DNA of 64,000 nucleotides from a virus (lineage: Duplodnaviria > Caudoviricetes), in IMG/VR virus record IMGVR_UViG_3300002092_001784, positions 160,001 to 224,000 of that record. One strand, written 5' to 3'. Position 1 is the stretch's first letter. Every line of letters starts with the position of its first letter. Shown here one piece after another: positions 45,677 through 55,535 of the stretch. Position numbers and translations under genes: made by a program. The notes under the pieces were generated by a model. It did no database searches. It saw only the letters and a list, made by a program, of their open reading frames with translations, and had not been told where the DNA came from.

Positions 45677-46390
45677 ATGAAATATATTTTTACATATAAG
45701 ACTATTAACTTGGTAAATAATAAAGTTTATATAGGGGTTCATTCAACTACAAATTTGAATGATGGATATTTAGGGAGTGGATATAAATTACAAGATGCTA
45801 TAAAAAAATATGGTAAACAATATTTTGAAATGAATCCTATACAATTTTTTAATTCAATTGAAGAAGCTTACCAACACGAAGCTGAATTGGTTAATGAAAA
45901 CTGGGTGCAATCAAACGGTAATTACAATACTGCTTTGGGTGGATTTGGCGGATTTTATCATATAGATACGAAAGGTGAAAATAATCCAAATTATGGAAAA
46001 CGATGGAATGATGAATGGAAAACAGCACAAAGAGAACGAATGAGAGAATACTACAAAAACAACCCTGCTCCAAGAAAAGGAGCAACCCATTCGGATGAAT
46101 CCAAAGAAAAAATGAGTAAATCAAAAACAGAATTTTATAAAGAGCACCCAAGTCCAATGAAAGGTACGATTATGTCAGTTGAAACAAAAAGAAAAATAAG
46201 TCAATCAAGAAAAGGATGTGGTGTTAAACCAGTCATACAATATACTAAAGAAAATGAATTTATAAAAAGATGGGATAGTATTATCAGTGCTGCAACTTTT
46301 CTAAAAATACATTCGGCATCAATTAGTATATGTGTAAACGGAAAGAGTAAAACATCTGGCGGGTATATTTGGAAATATGCTGACAGTTAA
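45677..46390 (+). mobile_element. free-standing GIY-YIG homing endonuclease (NUMOD3 repeats + NUMOD1)
   Basis: YIFTYKTIN...KVYIGVH; KGATHSDESKEKMS; VIQY...WDSI..AA...GGYIWKY. Confidence 0.9.
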
Positions 46391-46419
46391 CTATTAAAAT
46401 TCAAAAATAAAAATTGGTT

Positions 46420-46428
46420 ATATTTATT
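46420..46428 (+). promoter_or_regulatory. candidate late promoter ATATTTATT
   Basis: Upstream of 46463. Confidence 0.55.
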
Positions 46429-46462
46429 AATAACAAACAAATAATTAAATACAATACACAAA

Positions 46463-47086
46463 ATGGCATATTTGGACAATACAGAGATTACAGTAGACGC
46501 CATCCTTACAAAAAAGGGTAGACAGAAATTAGCATCAGGCCAATCTCTCAATATAACAAAATTTGCGTTATCGGATGATGAAATTGATTACACATTGTAT
46601 GAACCAGCACACCCAAAAGGTTCTGCTTATTATGATGCAGCAATTAGAGCAATTCCAATTACAGAAGCAAGTCCTGATGAAACTCAAGTATTGAGATATA
46701 AATTAGTAACACTTCCAAAGGGAACTACACAAATTCCTGTCGTATCATTGGGTATTGCTTCAATCGGAGCATATCAAAGTGATGGTGGAGTTGCTTTATC
46801 ACCAACTACTTCTCCTGCTGGAAACCAAAATGCGGGATATACTACGGTTTTGGCAGATCAACGTGCTGGGACATTAACTGTAACACAGGGTGCAAATGCA
46901 GTTGGTAGTGTTCCTGTTTTCTTAGGAGAATCAATAACCACAACCGCACAAGTTGTTAGTGGATTACAATTCAGATTTACACCAAATCCGAACTTAACAA
47001 CAAGCATAACCACAACTATTACTGTTTATGGAAATGAAACCGGTGGTTCTCAAACTATACCTGTAATTATAACTTATAAAGCATAA
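46463..47086 (+). CDS. virion structural protein
   Basis: YLDNTEITVDAILTKKGR...FALSDDEIDY motif; in tail cluster. Confidence 0.65.
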   Translation: MAYLDNTEITVDAILTKKGRQKLASGQSLNITKFALSDDEIDYTLYEPAHPKGSAYYDAAIRAIPITEASPDETQVLRYKLVTLPKGTTQIPVVSLGIASIGAYQSDGGVALSPTTSPAGNQNAGYTTVLADQRAGTLTVTQGANAVGSVPVFLGESITTTAQVVSGLQFRFTPNPNLTTSITTTITVYGNETGGSQTIPVIITYKA

Positions 47087-47092
47087 TAATAT

Positions 47093-48301
47093 ATGGCACT
47101 CATAACAGACCCATCAATAACATCACAAATATCAGCAGCAGCTAATTCTGGGGTAATTGATACCGCTCAAGTAATAGCAATTCTAAATTCTGTTCTACCT
47201 GCGGGTCAGCAGATTTCTACGGCAACCGCTGGTACTACAACGGGAATATATAAACAGTTTGGGGATTTTGATATGGTTAATGCCAAAGTTGAGGTTGTAA
47301 CAACTGGACTTTGGACAAACGGATCGGGATCATTAACTACATTCTTTACATCTTCCGCACAAACTGCATCAGTTAGTGGGCAGTATTATACAAATGTATA
47401 TAATGCAAACCCAACAACCGATACAACTGCCGAAGTTCAATATGCAGTTGCATATGGACATGCATACGGAAGTGGTTCAGTATCTTTACAAGTTAGTGAT
47501 AACGCATTGTTAGCAACAAAAAGTACATACGCACAGTATAGATCAATGTTGTTACAACCAAATGATAACCTTTTCTCTTTTCAAAACGCATCAAATACTA
47601 CAACTGATTCAAATGATATTTATGTAATTAACATTGCACGTTCAAGATACAAAGAATCAATGGATGCTGGTAACTGGGAATTATTATTGAGTGGTTCTAA
47701 TGGTGTATTCCATTTCATTGATGATAGTGGTAAGAAATTTAGTGATACTGCTGGAAACCCCGGTAATGTGTTCAATGTAGTTAGTGGAGGGCTTAACTTA
47801 GGAACTCAATTAGATGCTACTATAAAAACAGCAACAGCAACAAACGGATTGGGATATGGATTATTCTATCCTGATAGAGGAATAATTGTACTAAATCCTG
47901 CAGCAATAGGTAATACCGTTGGTAAAGTATTTATTGGTAATTCACTTGTGGAATTGAGTGGTAGTTTAAGTACTGCGGCAGAACAATACAATCATATGAG
48001 ATTGCACGCAGCAATTAGTGGAGCTGGTGATTTTGAGGCAAGAAGTACTGAAAATGTATCTACTCAACATTTCTTTGTAAGAGCAACTAATAGAGAATTT
48101 AATTACTCAAACAATCCTACTTATGTGGATGGTAATGGTAATTTTATTGAACCATCATTCCAAACAGACCCTAAAACATATATTACAACTGTTGGATTAC
48201 TGAATGATTCAAATGAATTAATTGCGGTAGCAAAGACATCGCAACCAATTCCTAAATCATTTGATACAGAAACACTTATCAGGGTCAAATTATCGTTTTG
48301 A
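47093..48301 (+). CDS. tail/baseplate structural protein with tail-collar-like C-terminus
   Basis: TYITTVGLLNDSNELIAVAKTSQP; paralogous C-terminus to 49275 gene. Confidence 0.65.
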   Translation: MALITDPSITSQISAAANSGVIDTAQVIAILNSVLPAGQQISTATAGTTTGIYKQFGDFDMVNAKVEVVTTGLWTNGSGSLTTFFTSSAQTASVSGQYYTNVYNANPTTDTTAEVQYAVAYGHAYGSGSVSLQVSDNALLATKSTYAQYRSMLLQPNDNLFSFQNASNTTTDSNDIYVINIARSRYKESMDAGNWELLLSGSNGVFHFIDDSGKKFSDTAGNPGNVFNVVSGGLNLGTQLDATIKTATATNGLGYGLFYPDRGIIVLNPAAIGNTVGKVFIGNSLVELSGSLSTAAEQYNHMRLHAAISGAGDFEARSTENVSTQHFFVRATNREFNYSNNPTYVDGNGNFIEPSFQTDPKTYITTVGLLNDSNELIAVAKTSQPIPKSFDTETLIRVKLSF

Positions 48302-48342
48302 TGTAAATACTCTAATTAAAGTTAAAGTTAGATATGTTTTTG

Positions 48343-48379
48343 AAAGTTCCGTATATTTATATGTATACGGAACTTTTTT
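48343..48379 (+). promoter_or_regulatory. 13-bp hairpin overlapping late promoter and translation start region of homing endonuclease 2
   Basis: AAAGTTCCGTATA-tttatatg-TATACGGAACTTT; ATATTTATA 48353-48361; ATG 48383. Confidence 0.75.
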
Positions 48380-48382
48380 ATT

Positions 48383-49246
48383 ATGGAAAAAATTAAATGC
48401 CAATTGTGCCAAAACGAATTTAATCCCAAACAAATGGGTATGCATGTTACTCGTACTCATAAAATCACATACGATGAATATGCTACTATGTATTGGGAAA
48501 CTTTACCAAATTATTCACCATGCAAAGTGTGTGGAACTATTTGTACAGGAACCTATTGTTCAATGGACTGCCAAAAAACCGGAGTGAGTTCTAAACTAAA
48601 AGGTATAAAACAACCACCAAGAACGAAAGAACATTGTGAAAAAATAAGTAAGGCGGCAAAGGAACGGCTTAAAGATAAAACTAAACATCCTTGGTTGGGT
48701 AGAAACCATTCCGATGAAACAATTAAAAAAATATCCAAATCGTGTAAAGAAAAATATAAAGATGCAACTCATCAACCAAGATTAGGAAAACGGTTTACCG
48801 ATGAATCCAAACAAAAGATAAGCAAATCTCAATCCAAATTTTACGAAACACACGATTCTCCATTCAAGGGTAAAACACATACCCCGGAATCTATTCGTAA
48901 AATATTTGAAAATAAGCCAATGAACAAATTGGAAAAGCGGGTAGCCGATTGGTTCGATGCACGTGGCATTGGATACACATTTCAGTTTTTTATAAATTCT
49001 GATGGTATTTGTAAATCATATGATTTCAAATTAAAAGGTTCTAAAACTATTGTCGAAATTAACGGAGATTATTGGCACGGTGGTTCTGGTATTGAGAAGC
49101 ATGTGTTTAATGTAGATGTTAATATTGAAAATGATAAATTGAAAAAGAAAATGGCAGAAGATTTGGGCTATCACGTTATTACGATTTGGGAACACGATAT
49201 AAAGAATGATATAACAATATTAGAAAGTACATTAAATTTAACTTAA
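48383..49246 (+). mobile_element. free-standing homing endonuclease-like gene (Zn fingers + NUMOD3 + Vsr/DUF559-type nuclease)
   Basis: CQLC..H..TH; GRNHSDETIKKIS, GKRFTDESKQKIS, KGKTHTPES; YDF...IVEINGDYWHG...ITIWEHD. Confidence 0.85.
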
Positions 49247-49250
49247 ACCG

Positions 49251-49259
49251 ATATTTATA
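49251..49259 (+). promoter_or_regulatory. candidate late promoter ATATTTATA
   Basis: Upstream of 49275. Confidence 0.55.
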
Positions 49260-49274
49260 CATAAACAGTAATGT

Positions 49275-50222
49275 ATGCTTAAAGAAATTTCAAAATCAGA
49301 TATCAATGTTCGTTCATTTCAAGTTTATAAAGAATGGACTGTGGATCAAAATGATATATTGCCAGTATTTGGTAAGCATATAACTTCTTCTTTATTTGAT
49401 CCGGAAACGGACGAGAAGAGTTGCGGTGTTTACAAGCGGTTGGTATACCAATCAGTAAAAACTCAATTTTATCACAATCCAGCAACGGCATCTGTATTAT
49501 TTGAACAGGGATTAAGAAAATCATACGCATCAACGGATGAACGTGTTATTGGGGATGATATTGCTGTTATTGCAATACCGCAAGTTCAGTATGGAGAGAG
49601 TATAAAGATAGGTTCGGTTTCCCTAACAGATGGTTCTAAAACTTATATTGATGATAGTAACTCGAATTTGGTATATAATAATACAATATATGGAAACGTT
49701 TTTTATGATAAAGGAATAATTGTATTGACTAATGAAATTGTAAGTGGTTCTACTTTATCTGATTATTCATTAACGTATCGTTCTACAAAAACTATACATG
49801 AGAATGAAGTATTCATTGAAGTTCTACCTAATGAATTTAATGTATCAACAAATCCATCCGCATATTATGAAGATGGGCAGAGCAGTTATCAAATGATAGT
49901 TAATAATTCAAACTATAAACCATATAGAGACCGAGAATTTAAGGGTACATATCTTAAAACATTTTACACATCGGGCATACGACATATCCGAAATACACAG
50001 TATCCGTACACATCTTCGTTAGACCCTACTAAATTTGGAAGTTTTGATGATTATGAACTAAGTGGTTCTGCTGATATGACGGGTTCATATCTTGCACCAT
50101 TTATAACAACGATTGGGTTGTATGATAACGAATTGAATTTAGTAGCAGTTGCTAAATTACCTCAACCTATTAAATCACTTCCTGATTATCCGGTTAACTT
50201 TATAATACGATTTGATAATTAA
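49275..50222 (+). CDS. tail/baseplate structural protein (paralog of 47093 gene)
   Basis: FITTIGLYDNELNLVAVAKLPQP. Confidence 0.65.
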   Translation: MLKEISKSDINVRSFQVYKEWTVDQNDILPVFGKHITSSLFDPETDEKSCGVYKRLVYQSVKTQFYHNPATASVLFEQGLRKSYASTDERVIGDDIAVIAIPQVQYGESIKIGSVSLTDGSKTYIDDSNSNLVYNNTIYGNVFYDKGIIVLTNEIVSGSTLSDYSLTYRSTKTIHENEVFIEVLPNEFNVSTNPSAYYEDGQSSYQMIVNNSNYKPYRDREFKGTYLKTFYTSGIRHIRNTQYPYTSSLDPTKFGSFDDYELSGSADMTGSYLAPFITTIGLYDNELNLVAVAKLPQPIKSLPDYPVNFIIRFDN

Positions 50223-50236
50223 AATAAAAAATAGTT

Positions 50237-50245
50237 ATATTTATA
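50237..50245 (+). promoter_or_regulatory. candidate late promoter ATATTTATA
   Basis: Upstream of 50267. Confidence 0.55.
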
Positions 50246-50266
50246 ATAAACTAAAACTTAATAACT

Positions 50267-50476
50267 ATGTCAAAGATACTTGATTTATACGGTAAGGGAA
50301 CTATAACAGGAGCTCCTAATTTAACTGGATTAGATAAGACACCAATAGATACTAAAGAGTTAACACCTGCTGCAATTGATAAAGCAAACTTAGGAGTATT
50401 GGGAAGTGGCAATCCATCTGGCTATGGTGGATATGATAATGCAAAAACTTACGAATCACTGATTGGGGCAAAATAA
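50267..50476 (+). CDS. small hypothetical (possible virion) protein
   Basis: ORF after late motif. Confidence 0.6.
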   Translation: MSKILDLYGKGTITGAPNLTGLDKTPIDTKELTPAAIDKANLGVLGSGNPSGYGGYDNAKTYESLIGAK

Positions 50477-50479
50477 ATA

Positions 50480-50938
50480 ATGAGTTGGATTTTTATGGAT
50501 AAATTGGTTACAGAGGATAGCACCCCAGCGGGTGCTATTGGTTTTGTCTATAAGATTGTCCATATACCAACCGGAAAGTTTTACATAGGTAAGAAGAATT
50601 TAGTATCTACCCGAAGATTAAAAATTGGAAAACGTGAATTACAATCCATAAAAGAATCAAGAAAGGCAGATGGTATACTTGGTAGATTACCATCCAAAAA
50701 AACAGTAAAAACAGATAGTGATTGGGAAACTTATTATTCATCAAATGAGGAATTAATTCAGATGGTGAAAGATGGTAAGGCAGATGAATTACGCAGAGAA
50801 ATTATTCAATTTTGTTTTTCTAAAAAAGCATTATCCTATTACGAATTATATTGGCAATTCAAATACGATGTTCTTATCGTTGATGATTGCTATAACAATA
50901 ACATCGGTGGAACTTACTACCGAAAAGATTTAATTTAA
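50480..50938 (+). CDS. GIY-YIG family nuclease (T4-like conserved type)
   Basis: GFVYKIV...KFYIGKK...WETYYSS...YNNNIGG. Confidence 0.8.
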   Translation: MSWIFMDKLVTEDSTPAGAIGFVYKIVHIPTGKFYIGKKNLVSTRRLKIGKRELQSIKESRKADGILGRLPSKKTVKTDSDWETYYSSNEELIQMVKDGKADELRREIIQFCFSKKALSYYELYWQFKYDVLIVDDCYNNNIGGTYYRKDLI

Positions 50939-50953
50939 TTAATAACAAAAGTT

Positions 50954-51154
50954 ATGACAATTCCAGAAATAGCAAGAAAGTACAAAATTTCAGAAGCATT
51001 CCTAAATTCTAAGGATGATGGGTTAATGATTGCCGCAGAATCATTAATGGAAGTAAAAGAACAGGTATTGGGCGGAGCACCGCCTGATGTATTGGCTGCT
51101 AATTTACAAAAACTTATAGACTTTCTAGCCGATTGTAAAAATTCTAATCATTAA
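50954..51154 (+). CDS. small hypothetical protein
   Basis: AAAGTTATG start. Confidence 0.65.
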   Translation: MTIPEIARKYKISEAFLNSKDDGLMIAAESLMEVKEQVLGGAPPDVLAANLQKLIDFLADCKNSNH

Positions 51155-51186
51155 TTAGGATAATTCATTTATTTTTTGTATATTTG
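51155..51186 (+). promoter_or_regulatory. Bacteroidota sigma70 promoter for replication genes
   Basis: TTAG 51155-51158, 20-nt spacer, TATATTTG 51179-51186. Confidence 0.7.
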
Positions 51187-51206
51187 TGTAGTTCAAAATT
51201 GAAACT

Positions 51207-52139
51207 ATGCTTTCTGGAAAAAATAAACTTGTTGTAATATCAATATTAGATAGTGTATTAGGTGTTGGTTCATCATTAAAACATAATGAACAGGTACACT
51301 TATGTCCATTCTGCCATCACCATAAACCAAAACTACAAGTAAACTTAGATACTCAAAAATGGCATTGCTGGGTTTGTAATGCTAAAGGTAAGAGAATCAA
51401 ATCGTTACTTAACAGACTGAATACCGATGTAAGGGATATACAGAGGATTGTAGGGATTTATGGTGATGAAGATACCAATGTATCCACTGAAGAAATTGAA
51501 GTCAAATTATACCTTCCTAAAGAGTTTAAGCAGTTATACTTCAAACCAAAATCAATAAATCCTACATACAATCAAGCCATATTTTATTTGAAAGGTAGAG
51601 GTATCACTATGTCCGACATCGTTAAATATAATATCGGATATTGTGAAACTGGAATATACGGCGGTAGGATTATCATACCTTCTTATGATGAAAACGGTGA
51701 ACTTAATTATTTTATAGCTCGTTCATTTTATGAAGGTGAAGCACCTTATAAAAATCCGCCTGTTAGTAGAAATGTAATTGTGTTTGAAAATCAAATAAAT
51801 TGGAATGAACCTATTACATTGGTTGAGGGCGCCTATGATGCGTTTTCTGTAAAACGAAATGTGATACCTTTGCTTGGTAAATTCCTATTAAGTAAATTGA
51901 AAGATAAAATTATTGAAAAGGGAGTTAAGGATATTACAATTCTTATGGATGCTGACGCTGTTAAACAAAGTACAACACATACAGATTATTTTATTAAAAA
52001 CGATATACGAATACGAAATATTATTCCGGAAGGTGATGATGCAGGAAAGATGGGATTTACGAAAGTGAATGAACTAATTAAGAACGCAAAAGAAACCCGA
52101 TGGGATGATAATATTTTGGCTAAACTAAACACGATATAA
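51207..52139 (+). CDS. dnaG: DNA primase (zinc finger + TOPRIM)
   Basis: CPFC...HCWVC; GRIIIP; VEGAYD; MDAD. Confidence 0.88.
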   Translation: MLSGKNKLVVISILDSVLGVGSSLKHNEQVHLCPFCHHHKPKLQVNLDTQKWHCWVCNAKGKRIKSLLNRLNTDVRDIQRIVGIYGDEDTNVSTEEIEVKLYLPKEFKQLYFKPKSINPTYNQAIFYLKGRGITMSDIVKYNIGYCETGIYGGRIIIPSYDENGELNYFIARSFYEGEAPYKNPPVSRNVIVFENQINWNEPITLVEGAYDAFSVKRNVIPLLGKFLLSKLKDKIIEKGVKDITILMDADAVKQSTTHTDYFIKNDIRIRNIIPEGDDAGKMGFTKVNELIKNAKETRWDDNILAKLNTI

Positions 52140-52142
52140 TTG

Positions 52143-55100
52143 ATGGGACTAAAGAAGATTTTTCATATAGCAGATATACACATACGAAATGTAAATAGAC
52201 ACGCTGAATACAGACAAGTTTTTGAAAAGATATTTGACGAAATCCGTAAAAGAGGAACTGATGATTCAATCATATATTTGGGAGGTGATATAGTTCATGC
52301 TAAGTTGGATTTATCACCGGAAATAATCCGTGAAGTAAGTTGGTTATTTACAGAGTGTTCTAACTTATGTACAACTATTTTAATAGCAGGAAACCATGAT
52401 TGTAATATGAATAATATGGACAGGTTGGATGCACTTACTCCGATAGTAGATGCTCTAAATCTATCAAACTTTCATTATCTGCGTGATACTCAAGTTTACT
52501 CTATTGGTGGTGTTGATTTTGCAGTATTCAGTATTTTCGATAAAAGAATCAATTGGCCAAAACCGGCAGAAATGTTTGGTAATAAGAAGATTGCTTTATT
52601 TCACGGACCTATTGATGCATCCACAACTGATGTGGGGTATGTTGTAAGTAGTAGACATTTTAAGCCAGAGATATTTGATGGGTTTGATGCTGCGTTGCTA
52701 GGTGATATACATAAAAGACAGATGATTATTTCTGAAACTGATTGTAAGATTGTATATCCGGGTTCCCCTATTCAGCAAAATTTTGGTGAGAGTCTAAATG
52801 GGCATGGGTTTTTAGTTTGGGATTTGGATACATTTACCTATGAGGGAGTTGATATTCAAAATGACTATGGGTATTATACGTTGGATATTGATAATGGCGT
52901 TGTTCCTGATGTGGTGGATATACCAAAACACCCAAGGTTAAGAGTTAGATTATCTAACACTTCTGCATCAGATACAAAACGTATAGTTACTGAAATTAAA
53001 ATGAAGTATGGTGTGAATGATTTTACGATTGTTCGTACTGATTCATTTTCAAAGATGCGTTCTGGAAATCGTACTTCTAAGTTGGAATTTGATGATATAA
53101 CTAATATTACCTACCAAAATGCTCTTATCACAGATTATGTTCAGAGAATGTTACCGAACGCATCTGATTCTGATATTGCCGGATTGGAAACTATAAATAC
53201 GGACATCAATGGTAGAATTTCTATGGATGATTTTCATCGAAATATAAGTTGGAAACCGATTCGATTTGAATTTGAAAATATGTTTTCCTATGGTACTGGT
53301 AATGTTGTTAATTTTGATAAGATAAGTGGGTTGATGGGATTATTTGCACCAAATGCGCAAGGTAAATCTTCAATATTGGATGCTGTATCATTTTGTATAT
53401 TCGACAAATGTAGTAGAACATTCAGAGCATCATCTATTCTTAATAACCGTGCAACTTCTTTTTGGTGTGAATTGCAAGCAGAAATAAATGGAATTGAATA
53501 CCATATCCGTAGGGAAGCAAAAACTGTTAATAAAGGTAAGAATGTAAAGGTAGATGTTCAGTTTTGGAAAATGGAAGGTGGACAATCAGTATCATTAAAT
53601 GGAACAGAACGTAGGGATACCGATTCCATAATCGAACAGTATTTTGGTAGATATGAAGATTTTCTATTAACAGCATTATCCGTTCAAGGAAATAATGCAC
53701 TTTTCATTGATAAATCACAAACAGAACGAAAGGATTTGTTGGCTCAGTTTATGGGTCTTAATATTTTTGATAAATTATATGAAACTGCAAGTGAAGATGT
53801 GAAAGAAGTAAGCACTCTTATTAAGAATTTCAAAAGAACTGATTTTACAACAGAACTCGCTGAAAAACAAATTGAATTAAAAAAGAAAAAACAGGAGTTT
53901 GGAGAACTTGACTTAAAAATTAAAGAAAAGGAACTAAGTATTGGGGAACTAAATTCAGAAATAGTTGAACTTTCTAAAAATATTATACCGATTGATGATA
54001 ATTTGGATATTGATGAATTAACTAAGAAAAAGAAAGGTATTCAATCAGAACTTACAACTTTAACTGAAGCCAAATACACAAAAACTGAAAAATTAACCGA
54101 AACCAAACAGCAGATATTTGAAACAAGTGAAATTATAGAAAGTAAAAGTAAATTGAATGGTATTGATATAACTACTGCAAAACAACAATGGGACAGTTAT
54201 ACCGATAAAATAGTAGAAATTACACATAAGATAGAATTATTAGCACAATCTATAAGTTCTAATGTTGAAAAGTTATCTCATTTGGAAAAGCATGAATATG
54301 ATCCAAATTGTAAATTCTGTATGAATAATGTATTTGTAACAGATGCGATTGCTACTAAAGCTATTGTGGCTGAACAATATATTGAATTGGATGGGTTACG
54401 TTCGGCATCAAAATCATTCACAGATATTGCATATCCTTTTACCAATGCAAAGTCACAATGGAATGAGTGGTTAACATTAACTGAAACTAAAAAACGATTA
54501 TCTACTGTTAGGGACAAGATACAATCCGAGTTAAAGAATTGTGACACTAAAGAAGAATTATTATTGCATCAATTAAAATCGGTAAATGATGATATTGATA
54601 GATACAATGATAATGAAGAATCAATTATAACCAATAAAGGTTTGAATAAACAAATTTCTTTGATTAATGAATCACAGCGTGAGTTGGGAATTGAATTAAA
54701 TGATTTGAAAAAACAGTTATTGAGAATAACGGCTGACACCGGTTCTATTAAAACTTTTATTGATACTACAAAGGCTAAAATGAAAGAGGTAAAAGAATTG
54801 GAGATTAAAAATAGATTGTATACCTTTTATTTAGAGTCCGTCAAACGTGACGGTATTCCTTATGAATTGATTACCAAAGCATTGCCGGTTATAGAAGATG
54901 AAATAAACAACATCTTATCTCAGGTAGTTGATTTTCATATTGTGATGGATACGGATGGTAAAAACATAAACGCCAAAATAGTTTACGAAGATAATGAATG
55001 GGCTTTGGAAATGTGTAGTGGTATGGAAAAATTCATTAGTGGATTGGCAATCAGAGTTGCATTAATCAATATTTGTAATTTACCAAGACCTAACTTTTTG

Positions 55101-55286
55101 GTTATAGATGAAGGTTTTGGAACTTTGGATAGTGAAAACCTTTCATCGTTGTTTATGATGATGCAATATTTGAAAACACAATTTGATTTTATTTGGGTAA
55201 TATCGCATTTGGATCAGATGCGTGATATTGTTGATGGTTTAATAGAAATTAAAAAGATTAACGGATACAGTAATATTAAATTTTAA
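52143..55286 (+). CDS. fused Mre11/SbcD nuclease - Rad50/SbcC ATPase (T4 gp47-gp46-like)
   Basis: HIADIH, GGD, AGNHD, LGDIH; APNAQGKS; CKFC hook; CSGME; LVIDEGFG; VISH. Confidence 0.92.
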   Translation: MGLKKIFHIADIHIRNVNRHAEYRQVFEKIFDEIRKRGTDDSIIYLGGDIVHAKLDLSPEIIREVSWLFTECSNLCTTILIAGNHDCNMNNMDRLDALTPIVDALNLSNFHYLRDTQVYSIGGVDFAVFSIFDKRINWPKPAEMFGNKKIALFHGPIDASTTDVGYVVSSRHFKPEIFDGFDAALLGDIHKRQMIISETDCKIVYPGSPIQQNFGESLNGHGFLVWDLDTFTYEGVDIQNDYGYYTLDIDNGVVPDVVDIPKHPRLRVRLSNTSASDTKRIVTEIKMKYGVNDFTIVRTDSFSKMRSGNRTSKLEFDDITNITYQNALITDYVQRMLPNASDSDIAGLETINTDINGRISMDDFHRNISWKPIRFEFENMFSYGTGNVVNFDKISGLMGLFAPNAQGKSSILDAVSFCIFDKCSRTFRASSILNNRATSFWCELQAEINGIEYHIRREAKTVNKGKNVKVDVQFWKMEGGQSVSLNGTERRDTDSIIEQYFGRYEDFLLTALSVQGNNALFIDKSQTERKDLLAQFMGLNIFDKLYETASEDVKEVSTLIKNFKRTDFTTELAEKQIELKKKKQEFGELDLKIKEKELSIGELNSEIVELSKNIIPIDDNLDIDELTKKKKGIQSELTTLTEAKYTKTEKLTETKQQIFETSEIIESKSKLNGIDITTAKQQWDSYTDKIVEITHKIELLAQSISSNVEKLSHLEKHEYDPNCKFCMNNVFVTDAIATKAIVAEQYIELDGLRSASKSFTDIAYPFTNAKSQWNEWLTLTETKKRLSTVRDKIQSELKNCDTKEELLLHQLKSVNDDIDRYNDNEESIITNKGLNKQISLINESQRELGIELNDLKKQLLRITADTGSIKTFIDTTKAKMKEVKELEIKNRLYTFYLESVKRDGIPYELITKALPVIEDEINNILSQVVDFHIVMDTDGKNINAKIVYEDNEWALEMCSGMEKFISGLAIRVALINICNLPRPNFLVIDEGFGTLDSENLSSLFMMMQYLKTQFDFIWVISHLDQMRDIVDGLIEIKKINGYSNIKF

Positions 55287-55444
55287 GAACCAACTTTCAA
55301 AACATTAGTAGGCATTTTTGTAGTTATAGATTGTTTAACAATTTTAGCTACGAAAGTGCTTATTTTTATGTCATGCTCTATACAATACAATTTCAATTCT
55401 TTATATAACTCGGTTTCTATCTGTATTGTGTTGTATTTTTTCAT
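55283..55444 (-). CDS. small ribbon-helix-helix-type DNA-binding protein (53 aa, below track cut-off)
   Basis: MKKYNTIQIETELYKELKLYCIEHDIKISTFVAKIV strand-helix-helix pattern. Confidence 0.6.
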   Translation of the reverse strand: MKKYNTIQIETELYKELKLYCIEHDIKISTFVAKIVKQSITTKMPTNVLKVGS

Positions 55445-55500
55445 AAAATATATATTCAATGAGTTTATATAGAATATATATTATAATTTCCATTTTTTGA

Positions 55501-55509
55501 ATATTTATA
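55501..55509 (+). promoter_or_regulatory. candidate late promoter ATATTTATA
   Basis: Upstream of ATG 55536. Confidence 0.55.
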
Positions 55510-55535
55510 AATAATCAATCGTAATATTCACAATA

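Noticed and set aside
48261-48587. 108-aa ORF from the track as a real gene
   Set aside because: Starts with TTG inside the upstream gene and overlaps the nuclease out of frame; only the FDVNTLIKVKVRY remnant is meaningful.
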